From contig CDROCS010001545.1 in assembly GCA_977020255.1 (NCBI GenBank), positions 62,001 to 126,000 on the forward strand: a stretch of DNA of 64,000 nucleotides, given 5' to 3'. The DNA is from Obrimoposthia wandeli (taxonomy: Eukaryota). How positions within the stretch are numbered: position 1 is the stretch's first letter; every line of letters starts with the position of its first letter. The notes under the pieces were generated by a model that was not told the DNA's origin, ran no database searches, and saw only the letters and a list, made by a program, of their open reading frames with translations. A program made the translations under genes and the position numbers. This document shows, in pieces, positions 10,611 to 25,029 of the stretch.

Positions 10611-13600
10611 TCTGCACAATAAGTCGCATCAAAATAAAAAATAAATTTTTAAAAAGAAATAACTTTGGAAAAATTGGGATATTTTTCAAAAATTGTTAAG
10701 TATATGACTATCTTACAATTTTGTTGCAGAAAATCAAATAATTTTTTTATTTCAAATCGTGATGCGAACTATTAAAAGAAAAATAATTAAAGATTAAAAT
10801 TTTTACATTAATATTTACTAAGTCTTAGATCAAATCAGCTCATACCTGACTTAGAAAAAAGCCTAGAAAAGGCCCCCAAAGTGAAAAATGACAATTATTA
10901 ATGGTCTTTTTTACCTTCCTTGAGACCTGGAACAATGAGTAAGCAAATGTCGAAACAAAGCGGCCATAATGTAGCTAAGAGTCTAAGCTTTAGTATAAGA
11001 TAGAGAACCACGCATGAAATATTGTAAGAGGGTTAAATTTGATATGGAAAAAACTTTTTTTAAATAAAACTTTGTCCCCAATTTACCCCAAGACCAAAAC
11101 ATATTCCACCAATACATATGGCATAATAAACATGCCTGGGGAAGTAATCTAGATAGTAAAATTAACCGGAACTCAATAGGACTTGTGGTTGTGCTTTAAT
11201 TAACTTCGGTACATCAAAATGGGCATGGAGGGGATCTTGTCACAATTACTATGTGATAGGTAAACATAATTTTAATAAGCCACGTTAGTCATTTCCATTT
11301 TTCTCAATTATACGTACAATGTTCATATGACATTCATAGCGACCTGGGTAAAAGTGGTGAAAATCGGTACTTTGTACTTAAAACCTTTATTTCTCGAATA
11401 TTTCGGATATCCGACCATGTACCGGGGCATAATTGGTGGGCAATGAGAAAACGTTATTTCTACATTCTGAAACACGCATAGGGTTAATTCTTTACGGTCC
11501 AGATGCTAATGATGTCAGATTTTGAAAATATTTCAAGGGTCCAAAGAAATGATCCAATAATCTTAAACCTTTTATAGGAGCTTGTCAGTAGTATATATCT
11601 TGTATTTCTATTTCATTAAACCATACATTATGGCGAATTAAACAAATGTTGTTGTGTTAATTCGATCCAATGAAAGGTTCCAGAGATATGAGGCATCAAA
11701 AGTATGTTTTAGAAGAAAGAAGTGGAAGCATTTGAATAAAACGTTCGATCCTTTCCAAAACCTAATACAAAGTTGAAATAGAGCTTTGCAAGTATTTAAA
11801 ATCATTTGTAAGACATTTGGAGTTGTAGTTATTGCTAAAGTTTGAATCTAGAGAGGAAATGAGCATATTTTATGAAACTTGGGACCATTATTGATGGAAA
11901 AATATAAATAATTTTAATGAACAATAATTGTCATTTCGGTTTGTTTTATCCATATCTACATTTTCTATAAATACCAACTCCATAGCACTTAGGCAGTAGC
12001 CTGCACTAAGCGTTACAAATCTTGTCCTAATATATAACATTTTTCATACTCTCAAAACCAATTCCCAGGGACCATTGCGCAGCTCCAGTTCCTAAACTAT
12101 AAGTTCTATCGACAAACAGCTTTTTTGGTTCATGATCAGGATGGTTCAATCTATCATTCAGTAGGTTTACATTATCGAGGAAGTTAGACCTTGGGATATA
12201 TAATATGGTCATTTTGGAAGTTTTCAATCCCAATTTTAGGTTATTACCCATTTCAATGGAGCAATATAAGCAACACAATCGTGTTCCTGGTCGTCGACAT
12301 AGTATATGTGGAATATAAAATTTTATTTTTAAATTTATAGATAGGCTTCGAAGAAGAAGTAACTCAAAATGTTCATAAAGTGACATTTTACCTAAACTTT
12401 ATCCCAATTTTTCAAATGGGCCTTTTCAGAATCTTATATTTTGAAATTTTCTGGACCTAAGGTATATCAACTCCCCTCTGGCGATTGATGAAGGCCGTTT
12501 TGTAGAGGATAACTTGATCTGGCTTACAGAGGTACCCCAAGTTGGGGTAAACAGTGAAATATGCCCCATTGGACTACAGTGTAAGAAGGAAAAGTAATTT
12601 TGATAAACAATGATATGCGAACCTTATTATCTTTTAATTACTTACAATCGGGTACTTAAATGGATGCTGTAGATTTCATGGTTCAGCCTGTATATGTTGT
12701 GGGCGAATATTGCATATTTAGTTCCTCTGTGTTCCGGACGGAGGAAATAATTTGAAGAGTTGGAATTGTTTTGGAATATATATTTAAATCTAATGCAACA
12801 AGCTTATAACAATTTCCACCGTATTGGAATACTCCTTCGGGTAGTTGAGAAATGTGGGTGTATATTTGGGGAATTTTTGTACCGTAAATCGGGATTTAAA
12901 GCAACTCATAATGTTCAAACACTGCTCTAGATGGCTCGAATGGAATTCCAGTAGTCGAAACTACTTAAAAGTGAAGATTAGAAAAATATTAATATTTTGG
13001 GGAAAGTTTAGTCCCCAATTTAGAGAAATAATGCACAATATGCCTTTTGAAAGTCTCCAATTTTTAAAATCTCTCCTATCCAAATGTTATATTTTCTGAT
13101 TTTCTGGACTTAAGGTATATCACTGACTAAAAACCTGTTGATAAAGACTGTTTCTCTCTATCACTTTCCGTTTTTCCTATACAGCATTGGGAGAATTCCC
13201 AATAATTTTATAAACCACCCATTGTCACCAGCCTTGTGTATACAGATGATACATATTAGGTTTTGAATGATGGCGTATCTAATAGGATAGTCCACGCTCA
13301 AATATGATGTATGGTTGAGATTTTATAAAATGTTGGTGAATTTTATATATATAATTTTCATTTTAATTACGTTCTTATGCTTTTGATCTGATGTTTTCTT
13401 GTTAAATTTTGTTAATTATCATCAAGATAGATTTTATATAATATCGTACATTTTCTAAACATGAAATGAACATAAAATAAACAAACTGAAATGTTCTATT
13501 AATTTTCTTTTACCAAACATATTCTCTTCTAGCGACGCAGCATCTTTCTCGCACACTTACATACATTCTATAGCTACTACCCGCCATTGAGCTCTCTTAA

Positions 13601-13650
13601 TTGGCCGAGTCTTCTTCCGCTGAGTCCACCAATCAGCAGTAATTGCGCCT

Positions 13651-14232
13651 ATGCTTCCCTGGCTGAGCGGTGCCATAAAAGCGACACAGATCCCTAGGCC
13701 GAGTCACAACAGAGCCATGTTCACAAATTTCTCCATTGACTCTATACTCAGACCACCTACCGCCACTACCATCACAACTCCCACTACATTCGCTCCCTCC
13801 TCTACAATCAGCCCAGCTCTTTTCTGCTCACGTATCCCACCACCGCCGCCGCCACCACCGCCACCGCCCCCACCGCTCCCACCATCGTCATTCTTTCTTG
13901 GGACTGGCTCCAACTCCACCTCTGTAGGCGGTCGAAAGAGGACCAAGGTCACCGACAACAGGGTCATCAAGTTTATGGCCGCGGCCGGTAGTAGTGGCAA
14001 CAGCAGCAGCTTGTGTCTGGGGCCACCTCCGCACATGGCACCACACCACGCGCATCAGTATTGGGCTAGCTACATCAGCATGCGCTGTCAGCACCGGACC
14101 ATGGCCTCACTGACGACATTGAGACATCATCACCAGCAACAGCAGCAGCAGCAGCAGCAGAACAGCCACCTGCCTTTCGCCATCCGCAATCTGCGCGAGT
14201 TCTATCTCAATCGACACTCTCTCCGCACTCAG
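13651..14232 (+). CDS. pros: Prospero/Prox homeobox protein, exon 1 (eh1-like motif, poly-Pro, poly-Gln)
   Basis: GC-rich ORF ending ...LRTQ at a CAG|GTGCGC donor in phase 0, which joins exon 2 in frame. An ATG at 13718 is an alternative start. Confidence 0.75.
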
Positions 14233-15794
14233 GTGCGCAATGGATAAAAACACAACAACACCACTAAACAAGCAAGTAGTAAATTTCACAACAGACTAAA
14301 ATGGTGTCACTGTGATTTACTAAATTGATAATATTAGTTATAACATTTCAATCTTTCTTAAACAAATATTTGTATTTTATTATTTACGTGTTTTGTGTAA
14401 TAGTACTAGAATTGAAAGGGTGTTTCTCAGTTTTATCTAAAAATACAAAAATAACTAAAATAAATGAACACTGTGTTTATATTAATATGAATTATTATAG
14501 AAACCAACTGGATATATTTCCTGCAATGAAGACTCCGTTTTTTGACGGGGACGTATTTATGCTGTATCTTCTATGAATTTAAATATTCATACTCGTATAT
14601 TGTGACAGAAACATATTGTATCAAGAATCTGTCGCTCTTCACCAAATGTAAATAAACATTCTAGTAATTATTGTGATTTTTAATATTCCTGTATATTTTA
14701 CATAACAGAAATTCGTTAATTAATTTGAAATTATATTCAAATGTTCAGTTATTCTGTTTTGAATCAAATGTTTTTTCATTTTCTTCATTTACAAAAGTTT
14801 TGCTTCAATTTTAGCTTCTATCGATAGCGAATAAGAATACATTTATAAGAAGATATACAGTTCTTATCTTGTTTCTAATATTTATAATTAGTGATACAGT
14901 TGCTTGTAACTACACATTAAAAATCAATGTCGTACCCAATATAAAAATCAAAATATCTGAAGATAGTTTTATTGGTTGTAACTTTGAAATATAGCATTTC
15001 TTTCCTCCGCCCGTAAATTGGTCTTTAGATAACAGAATACAAACAAATTTTCGGAAAATAATAATAAAAAGACAGGAATACTCTTTTCTAGTTTTCTTTC
15101 GTGACTGTACAATGATTTAATTTTCGAAAATGCAATTTCCTCTAAATATTTCAAATACATTTACAATAAGAAACTTTACTGTTAGACTTTAAACTGATTA
15201 TTATTATATTTTAAAAATGGCTTGAACATCAAAGAACAAAAATATTTAATTAATATGATTTTTTGAAAGCGTTACAAAAATTGGAATTCATCACAATTAC
15301 TTTAAGATCCTACTCAATACAAAAATTTATTTCCTCATAAAGGCCCAAATTTTTATATGAACTTGTTCAAAATTAAAATATTTTTATAAATTATACAGAA
15401 TCAAAAAAAGACAGATTTATAAAATAGGACTTTTATAGTCTTCGAGAAAAATATCTTAAATTAGATGAATTACAGCATAAAGTTTATATTTTTATTTAAA
15501 CATTCAATCGTCAAAATAGTGTATTTTTAAAAGAAATTGATTCAAATTAATCAAAACTTTAAAAGTATACCATTTAAGTAAACAGATCTGTTCAGTGTAA
15601 AATAAAATAATGCAAATAATTAAATAAGCTGACATTACACAATATCCAAAAAAGTTGAATTGGATTCAAATAAATTATTTGATATAGTCGGTTTTTAAAC
15701 AATTGAAATTTAATTATTTCACAATTCAGAACTTGATAAACGAAGCTAAGTTTGTTCATGTAAATATTGATAAATTTTTCATCCAAAATTTCAG

Positions 15795-15949
15795 AGTTTC
15801 ACGCTGACATCTCGTCATTTGCGCAAAGCTAAGCTGATGTTTCTTTACGTCCGCTACCCAAACTCCAGTCTCCTGAAAGAGTATTTCCCTGACGTCTCTT
15901 TTGACAAAAACTCGACCGCACAGCTAGTCAAATGGTTTAGCAACTTCCG
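15795..15949 (+). CDS. pros: Prospero homeodomain, exon 2
   Basis: TTTCAG acceptor; [52 protein letters not shown] is the canonical Prospero homeodomain; CG|GTGAGT donor in phase 2. Confidence 0.97.
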
Positions 15950-16058
15950 GTGAGTTTAGAGCTTGCAATTGGTTAATTGGCGCGTCATTACAAATAAGTG
16001 TCATAATTTTGACTTAACCAATCCTTTATCCTACTGACACCGTTATTTTATTGCACAG

Positions 16059-16206
16059 AGAGTTCTTCTACATCCAGCTAGAGAAATACATCCGTAGCAA
16101 GTTGTCATCACTGCGATACGAATGTGAGTCAGACGTAAAGCTCGACAAAGAGAGCGAGATCTACCGCGTCCTCGTTAATCACTACGACCGGAGCGGACAA
16201 CTACAG
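16059..16206 (+). CDS. pros: Prospero homeodomain/Prospero domain, exon 3
   Basis: TTGCACAG acceptor; EFFYIQLEKYIRSKL...DKESEIYRVLVNHYDRSGQLQ; CAG|GTAAGC donor in phase 0. Confidence 0.97.
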
Positions 16207-19204
16207 GTAAGCCCTACAAGTTCTTCTTCAACTACACTCAGTAAATTTGAATCCCAGAAATATAAAGTTGAATTCCATAATCTATAGTAAAATGAAATTA
16301 ACAATTAACACACACTAATAAAAACTTACCATTCAATATAAATGAATAACATGGCGCAAAATCAATTCCATAAATATATGGACGCATACATACACTAATA
16401 TGCATGGGTAGAAAAAAGTTGGTATGTGATTTTAATACATAATACAATGAAACAAAATGAATACCATAAAAAAACGACCTAAACTCAGTTTTATGTGTTA
16501 TTTGACGTTTAGAACGAATTTATGGGCATAAATATGGCAGAAAATGAATTAGAAGGTACGGTTGAAATATTCACATTTCGTGAAAAAATCAAAAAATGTT
16601 AGGTTTTGGGTATTTTTTTCGCTTAGATCAATAATTTTTGGTATTCTTTAGGAATAAACCAATACTAATGGACGTCGAAATGAATTGGGGAGAATATTTA
16701 CCCGACAATTAAAAAAATATAAACAATTTGCGAGATTTTTCATATTTAGATTTATACAAACAAGACTGTAAGAGGTCCGCGAGGCAGTTCAAAGCCCTAA
16801 ATCACAGCGGCAGCATGAAACTTGCAAATGATTGAAGGAGATAAATCTTGGTAAACTTGGCTCAGTCAATCCGGTGTACGCCAATGACTATGTTCAAGGT
16901 ACACAAAAAGAAAATGAACATACATGTTTTACTTAAAAGTCAAGTAAATAATATGGCTAAGATTGTTGAAGAGGAGCTCAGGCTTGAAGATTACAAAGAT
17001 ATGCAAGCTTACTACAAGCATATAAGAAAGATGTTTGAAAAAAGTTATAGAAAAAAAGTGTTTACTATCCAATTAATAAATTACTCACTTTGTTACTTCT
17101 GCCTTTGATTTGACTTGACAATATTCATAAAATAAATCCAAAATATTCTATTAATCATATAAATAGCAGCATATCCAGCTTGTAGCCAACTTTTGGCCAC
17201 CTTTATTGTTTGTCTTTGTTCTGCAGTTTTACATCCATTTTGATTACAGTTGTTGATATTCAACTTTATAACTGAGCCTCTCAGTTTGATTGGGTGTATA
17301 ACAAGTTAAATATGTGGTTCCTGGCTGATATTTGTTGGAAACCTGTGCCATAACTTTCTCACCTTTTCAGAAGAAGGAAAAATCAGTTTGAAAGATAAAA
17401 AATAGTGCGATGAATTTCGAGGCGTGAAAAATAGTCAAGAGCGCTCAGATAAAGAGAACAATCAGTAATGACAGAACTAGAGCTATTTATGGAAAGAGAG
17501 AAGATGGAGAAACTGGTTTAAGAGTGTGGCCATTAGTTTCTGGAGCTGAAGCTGGCATGAGATTTGTGTTGAAAATATGATGTATAACATGCTTTTTTAG
17601 GTTCATTTATGTTTGCTTCCTCACTGAACATTGCTTAAAACTGGTCCAAATACTCTCTTTCATACTATTTGTCTTTTCTTCGAATTTCTAATTCTACCGA
17701 CTGTTTCAATGATTAAAGTGTGGATTACTTATTTTGTATGGCGGTATTTAGAGCTATTTAATGCATGTTTTGGTCTTTCATTGATCAGAATTTTCAGTGC
17801 TCTCTCCATAATCTATTTCATTTATTTCCAAAATTTGATTGTAATTTTCTCTTCAACATTTTTATTTTGAAATAATTATCAACTTTGAAAAAAATTGTTG
17901 ACGATGTAAGATACTAAAGATATAAGACGTGAACTTGAAAACAGGTTTTTCAGAAAATATGTTCAACTTTCATCCGATTCCCATTTATCATAGTTTGTGT
18001 ATGTTTAAATAATATTGTGAAATGCATCTGTAATTAAATAGTATGCATTTAGCAGATTTCAAAACAACATATTTTCATCCCATTATTATTTCATCTACAA
18101 AACTTTCGAAATAATCTTTTAAACGACAAAATATTTGTTGATTAAAATAAACTCTATATCAATGAATCATTTAAAAATTTACCACGATATTTCCCTTATT
18201 TTCTAACAAATTTTTCTAATCTATTTTCAAAATGTAATATAGATCTATCTCTAACATTTACAGATAGTTTTTCGATACATCTTGCGACTCTTTCTTTCGG
18301 GTTTCCGATATTTGCAAGTTAGGTTTCAGAGAAATTGACGCTTTAAGTCAACCAAACAACTAAAAATCACAATGAGTCATTTCGGGTGATTTCAGGGCCA
18401 TTTGATTGTAAAATATTCACTGTTTGTCAAATATATCCGAATCATAGTTAGTTATCACCCACTGAAAAATACAGTCTAAAATGCCATCAAATCAAACTCC
18501 AGCCCATTCTTTCTCAAAATGAAGTTGGATTTTAAAAAATTCTGCATTTTTTGCTTACTTATTAAAGCATTAAACATATTTTTGTTTGTTAAGCTCCATT
18601 TAAATAAAAAACGGCTGAGAAATATTTCTAATAAAACTTTGAAACGTGATAAATATTAATTTAATTTTCTGATTGTTTCTTTTTTAAGTTGTTGGCTTAT
18701 TATAAATATTAATTACTTGTTTCTCATTTTTCAAATTTGTACTTAGGAGCTGTCAAAAGACGAAGAACCAACAGCCATTGTACATTATAAAGAATGAAAA
18801 GTCTAAAGTTTCCATTCCATTGCCAGACATACAAATCACAGCTCAAGATTTTCTCATTTCCATAAGTATATAAAAAACGGATAAAATGGTACATTAAATT
18901 TTATATTGGAATTCCTATTTTAAATTAGAACTATCGAACCGACCGAATTAAAATGGTATAATATGATCAATATAATCGCAGAGTTTCAGGATTGAAACAG
19001 GGTGTTCAAACTGCATTTTTATCGTTAGAGAAATAATTTTAATTTATATATATATATATGGTAAATAAATAGAGAGTAATTAAATAAAAATGTTAAAATG
19101 ATTTACTGACAAAATTTATGTAGCTTTGTTAATGTCTAACAAATAAGGCAAAAGCTTTTTCACATTTATTCAATTCAACACACAGAATATGCATAACTTC
19201 TCTC

Positions 19205-19550
19205 AGAAACTCTATTGTGGAATCGAATATTTCGACAAGCCTTTGCAAACTCTCCTCTCCCCTCGACAACCACTGCACCTCTCTATGTGGAGGAGTAACT
19301 GTTTGAAAGTTTCGTCATTTTCCCAAACAACTTTGAAAACCATCTTGAGTTGAGGGGTGGGCTTTTATCTTATTGATTGCTTTGACGTAAATCACTACTA
19401 AGCTTCTTGTCCACAAGACGATTTATGTACAATAAACAATGAATGGTAAACTCATTTGGAACATTTTGCTTGAGCAAGGTAACGAAATCTCTGCACCTAC
19501 CACCTCTGATTTACCATCGCCGATGCCCCATCAATTACTCCAAATATACA
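19205..19550 (-). mobile_element. hAT (Charlie/Buster-type) transposase relic in prospero intron 3
   Basis: Frameshifted motifs IDGASAMV, FTIHCLL, FKQLLLH and EVQWLSRG..SLQRLVE correspond to the TDGA.AM / IHC / LLLHTEVRWLSRG signature. Confidence 0.75.
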
Positions 19551-21881
19551 GCACACCTAAATATAAACTATATTATTTTTTTAAACTTCATTATTATTCT
19601 TTTATTAAAAACTTTCTTAAAAAATGTAATTTATTCATAATAATACAAAGTTTAAAAAAGTCATAATGCCTTATATACCTTTTGTTTACCATGATGTTTA
19701 TATTTGCTGTTCCCAGCTGTTCTTCTGTAGCTATTTTCTAGTCACTTTCATACCTTTAAGCCATTTTCAATTTAGATTATTTGTTATACAGATGACAACA
19801 AATAGCTTATTTTTACGAAGAAATGCTTGCAAAGTAGCATTCCAAGATGATGCAGACCTTAATTGGATCTTAATTTAAATATGACTTTACTATAATTAAA
19901 TTGTGATTCGACTTATAAAACATAAATTATATGAAATTTAATTTCATTAATACTCTTAGATTATTCAATAAATTTTGGTTTCGTAAACACACAACTACTT
20001 CATGTTGAAAATATTTCGATTTTCCAACGCTCTTCTTGTTGAATGGATGGATATTTGCTTAGTTTTCTGTCCTTAGCTGATATATAGCATTCTATGGAAT
20101 GACATTTCTTGGAAATTTTGGTTGATTAGCATATAGTGTAGTTGTTCCTAAGTTCCAGGACCGACACTATATACTACTGATTCGATTAGTTGACCTAGAC
20201 CAAAAAGAATAAAATGCAAGTAAACCTATATTTTTATAAAATATTATTAAAAAATATGTTTTAAAAATGATCAAAAGTGATCAACACTATTATATTACAA
20301 AATATAAGGTAGTAATATAATGAAATTTTATCTTCTCAAAATACATAAAGTTGTAAAATTATGAAACAAGTCTATACCTGCTTTATTATTTGACAAAATA
20401 TATATTTAGAAGAATTGACAGAAATAATACATTATCGAGGTTATTCAATCATTATTTGAAAATGTTTCTGATAGAATGAATATTGCAATACGAATTACGA
20501 ATTAAGCTCAAGTAAATTTATTAATAATATAATCATCTTAACACAATAAAATAACTCACTTTAAATGTATTTATTCTTTAAGAATATGGATATTTTGATT
20601 TTTCAAAAACATTTTGAGTTTGTTCTAAATTAATTTACTTCTTTTTTTAATTTAGCGCCTAACGTTCAATATTTTTTTGAGAATTACTTTACATTAAAAA
20701 ATTATTTGACACTATTTACTGTTATTTAGAAATGTAATATATATATAGAATATTTTTTTAGATAGGTCTGAAATTGCCCATCCTGTCGAGTTTATCCTAT
20801 TTTGCCCTAAAAAAATCTTAACTATAAAACCAACATACTCCTGTTCGGAGTTTAAATTATAAAATGTAATTTAAAGTACAAAATAATAAGAAACAAAATC
20901 CTGATTCAGAAAATTTGCTGGATACCGTAATTACATCATTTTTGAATTGACTATTTGGGGTCAAATATTATTTGTACACTTTAAAATGCTTGGTTGTTGG
21001 TCAAGGGGCCATTGTTGGTGCTGAATGATTGGTGGTGTATGTGGTCTGAATTTTGTATAAAAGCCACAGTCTGATGTTATCAGGTCAGTTTTTGTATTTT
21101 GTTGATGTAATGCAAATAAAGAATAAACGACTAATTTAATTACCTATGCGAGTCTTATGTTGGAGATCTGCATCCTAATGTTACTAAAACTGTTATATAT
21201 TACAGATTCCAGCAGCATGGAAATGTCGTGCCTAACAGAGTAAGCAAAGATTTGAATAAGAAAACATATCTTGGTTGTTCCGATGTGAATTAAAATTCTA
21301 CAACTGAAGCAAAGTTATCAATGGATCAAATTAATATCGAGAAAACTTCTTTTTCGCAATACATTTATGTAATTGTCAGTTATTCTGCTATAGAGCGTTT
21401 GAATGATGTCTATTTCCTCGTATTATTTTAGCTCTTCTGATATTCAATCAGGAACCTCCATATACGAGATCTTTCATACCTTTTCAAATTTTCTCTTTAA
21501 TATAAATAATAAGACTATGATGAGGTCAATCTAATAAAGGTACGCTGCGTCAACTGAACATTCGAATAACGCGTTTTGCAACTTGGTGCTTAACATTATC
21601 CTGCTGGTAGATTACATTATCAGTATCGCTCTTTTAAAATAGGAATTAGGTCATTTACCATTGAATCTTTATATCGTTCTCCATGAAGAGTTTAAAAAAT
21701 GTTTTACATTTTTTTTGTAATATAGAATGAAAAATACACATGGAAATAAAACCATTTTACAATTTGCTCGGGTTAAGATGATTTCGAGTTAGTTCTAAGT
21801 TAGTTTTGAGCAATTCGAATATATAAGCGGTAGTTATCTTTTTTAATGATTTTGCCTAGATTTGACATGTGCCATGTGCAG

Positions 21882-22064
21882 ATCCCACCCAACTTTGTGC
21901 AAGTTCTGCAAGCAACTCTGTGGCACTTTTATCAAGCTATTGCAGCCGGACGGGACCGTGACCACTCATGGAAGAAGCCAATCTACAAAATCATCTCGCG
22001 GATGGATGGTACTATCCCAGATATATTCAAGCACACTCAGTGGCTTATCGAGACCGATGATTGA
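21882..22064 (+). CDS. pros: Prospero domain, final exon 4
   Basis: TGTGCAG acceptor; IPPNFVQVLQATLWHFYQAIAAGRDRDHSWKKPIYKIISRMDGTIPDIFK...* matches the Prospero domain. The four exons total 1068 nt, or 355 aa plus stop. Confidence 0.95.
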   Translation: MPPNFVQVLQATLWHFYQAIAAGRDRDHSWKKPIYKIISRMDGTIPDIFKHTQWLIETDD

Positions 22065-22439
22065 CCTCGATATCACTTTCTTCAGATCGTTTACTGAGTC
22101 TCAATATTCGAATATATTTTCTTCCTTGCATTCAATTCAGGTTTTCACTTATTACTACTTGAATTACTGTTTGACATTGACGATCTAGAGGTATTTTTTT
22201 ATGTCTCAGCGTCATTCTTTTAGTCAAAAACGTGTTTGGGCACTTTTTAATGATCCATTTAATATTATTGTACTAAATCTACTACATATTTCTGCAGACA
22301 TAAAAAAGAAGCATTTCCTTCGGTTGTAAAAAAAAATATTTTAAAACGATTTTTATTTTTATTTAGTTTTCTATTTTATTTGCTTAAATAGGATATTCGT
22401 ATATCGCAGATGAATTTTACTAATTCCTGACAAGATCCT

Positions 22440-22935
22440 ATTCTTTGTATATGGTTGTAACATAATTTCTTGCGTATACACAACTTACAACTGGCGGGAA
22501 CTTCATTGACTGTACCACATCAACTCATATGATGTTCTCCTGGAGTTTTCGCTTTATTTTCCTGATAGAAGTTCGTCTACAGTTCTAAGTTATTGAGAAT
22601 GCAATTATTTTCACATTGTTCCAGAAGTTGATAGCAAATGGAACCTTTGTTGTCGCAGTTTTCTAAAGATAATTGATGGGGTTCCATCTAAATTAAAGAT
22701 ATTTTCCCATGACATGAAGGTGTCGAGACATCATCATTGCATTAACATTGAGAGCCACTGCCATTTCCCGATCATTCTCATGATTGTGTTTAGAGAGGGG
22801 TTGCTCCGATATTCCCTTGTCAGTGATCATAAAACCTGCGTACCAAATTTTGACTACTCCTAAGTGTCCTCGTCCCCACTTCCAACGATATTATATGATA
22901 GTACGTAGTTGAATTTTATCTAGTTCCATTTTGGA
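22440..22935 (-). mobile_element. Mariner transposase relic
   Basis: MELDKIQLRTII at the N-terminus and PHQLSLENCDNKGSICYQLLEQ (WVPHEL..R..IC..LL motif); many stops. Confidence 0.6.
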
Positions 22936-24173
22936 TTGCGTGATAAACCAATGGACATTTTTGGTTAGGGCTTGTAATTACTTACTTTATAATTATTTTC
23001 TTGCAATATTAATTAGTTTTAATAAATAAAGAACTAATACATAAAAATATCACATAAAAAATATATGTAGAAGTCTAACAGTTTTGGAAAGATGTGTATG
23101 CACTAGAAATTATGTTACAAGCTGAAACAATACAAACTTGTCTTTTCAAGTTTGAGCTAGTAGATAAAGTTTGTTAAAGAAACTTAATTTTAATCACCGT
23201 TAAATTAAAAATAAATGCTATAATTATTATTTTGTATTATAACTAAAACTAAATTTGGAGCCCCGATAAAAATAAATATGTTAGAACATAGGATATGTGT
23301 TTATTTCTAAATTAAATGAAACTCCTTTGAATCAATTTGTAATAAGTTGATGTTTTTGAACAACTTTAGTAGGAGTGAGTGCTTTAAATTCGATGGTTCT
23401 CATTTTGATTTCATGTTTCACATCAAAAACGCACCACATAAAAATATTATACACAAGAGTGAACATGGTATGGATAAAAAGTATCGAGACTCGACATGAA
23501 TAGAAAATGTTACGAGTACATACCTTAATTCCCAACTTCCTATACTCCAGGGTACTCGTAAAGCTTAAGTCCGGTTAAAATGGTTTTCATAATCAAAGTT
23601 TTGGTTATCGTTAAATTATTTTTTTAATTTGAGGGTGAGGTCACATATATACGTTATCAATGAACTGAATTTCAAGTAAATATTTATTAAATAATTAAAT
23701 GTTACAAAAATTAAATTTGAACCTAAAAATAAATCGAACCCAATAGTAAAGTCAATATTAGTTTTACTTATATGAAAAATCAGTAATTTTAGAATTTTAG
23801 CATTTAAACAAAATTTATTTTCGTCCTTAAGTTCAAAGCTGCTCAATTTCTACAGGTATTTAGCAGTTATGAAATATGTCTTAAACATATTTATCTTCAT
23901 TTAAAATTGATTATTTCAATATTCAGAGATGTCCAGTTGGGATTATTCCTTTATCAAAAGTATGTTTATAATTGTCCATCTCTGCTACGTTCGTTTATTT
24001 GATTTGTTAAAGCTCTTTAAATAAAACTGTGAAAAACGTTTAATTAAAAACCAAAAGTTACTCCTTAAAATTTTTGAAAAACGGATTTAAATAATATGGA
24101 TTTAAACTTAAATTTTCAAACTGTTTTCTATTTGAGTTAAAGAAGAGATTCAGATAACATTTGGGAGATTTTA

Positions 24174-24470
24174 AAATCTGTACCCTACAAACTGACACTT
24201 GCCTCCTGTATTGGCAGTACCGAGTCGAGGACCTCCTTCGTTCACACAGCGTTCGCCAAATGAGGCCCCATGGTCTAATGTATCTGTGATTGTGCACCTG
24301 ATCTGGTCTGCAGCTCCAATCAAGGAGCACTTGTAGCGGGATCTGAAGTCGCGTGCCACAGAGTAAGCGAGCACTTAGGTGCAGGTCAGCTGAGACTCCT
24401 CTGGTCGCATGACCGTCCATCACAGCAGACCCTAATCGGCGATGAGACACGTAATCACGATGCATATGTT
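24174..24470 (-). other. GC-rich island, possible exon(s) of an unidentified gene
   Basis: GC content similar to the prospero exons; CTGAC..CTAAG branch/acceptor-like signal before LAYSVARDFRSRYKCSLIG...GYRF*. No family recognised. Confidence 0.25.
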
Positions 24471-25029
24471 CTGGGCAATATTTGATGGGGATTTCGGGAT
24501 TTCATTAGTATGAAATTGTAACTTTCACAAAAACTAATGACTTCTCTGGGTTTTCTAATGGATTTGAAACTTCTAAAATCTTCATCGTATTCTGGCATCG
24601 AGACTTAACATGAACGTTCAAAATTTAATAGAATATTTTGTTACAAAATCAAAGCTTTTTCTTTTGGAAGAAAAATCTTTAAAATTTGTAACCAATTGAA
24701 CAAATTGAGACTTAGATTTCACTTTTAAGTCTTTATGTTTTGAATATAATTGTTATTTTCTAAAGCACATGTTAACATGGATTTTAACCTGTACCTTTAC
24801 ACTTGACGCAGTCTTATAGACGCATTGGCGATAGGAATCCTCATAATAATTGATTGAGTGCATCGGTTGTAATAAAATTTAATTACAATATTTCAAACAA
24901 TATGTAGAATTTACTTTGATTGAATGATAATTATACTAAATGAATTATACTTTGAATTTAGTTGATAATAACTATGGAAAAATAAATTAAAGGTATAACT
25001 TAAAGTTTGGTTTGCAGTGTAAATTTGTA

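Noticed and set aside
10700-13600. Several 60-120-aa ORFs upstream of prospero
   Set aside because: Lengths and Ile/Phe/Lys/Asn-rich composition are what AT-rich non-coding DNA gives by chance; no domains recognised.
13704-14289. Antisense ORFs with poly-Gly and poly-Leu opposite prospero exon 1
   Set aside because: They are shadow frames of poly-Pro and poly-Gln codons.
21200-21245. TACAG|ATTCCAGCAGCATGG as an alternative prospero exon 4
   Set aside because: Similarity stops after Ile-Pro and the frame closes quickly; the exon at 21882 carries the real Prospero-domain sequence.
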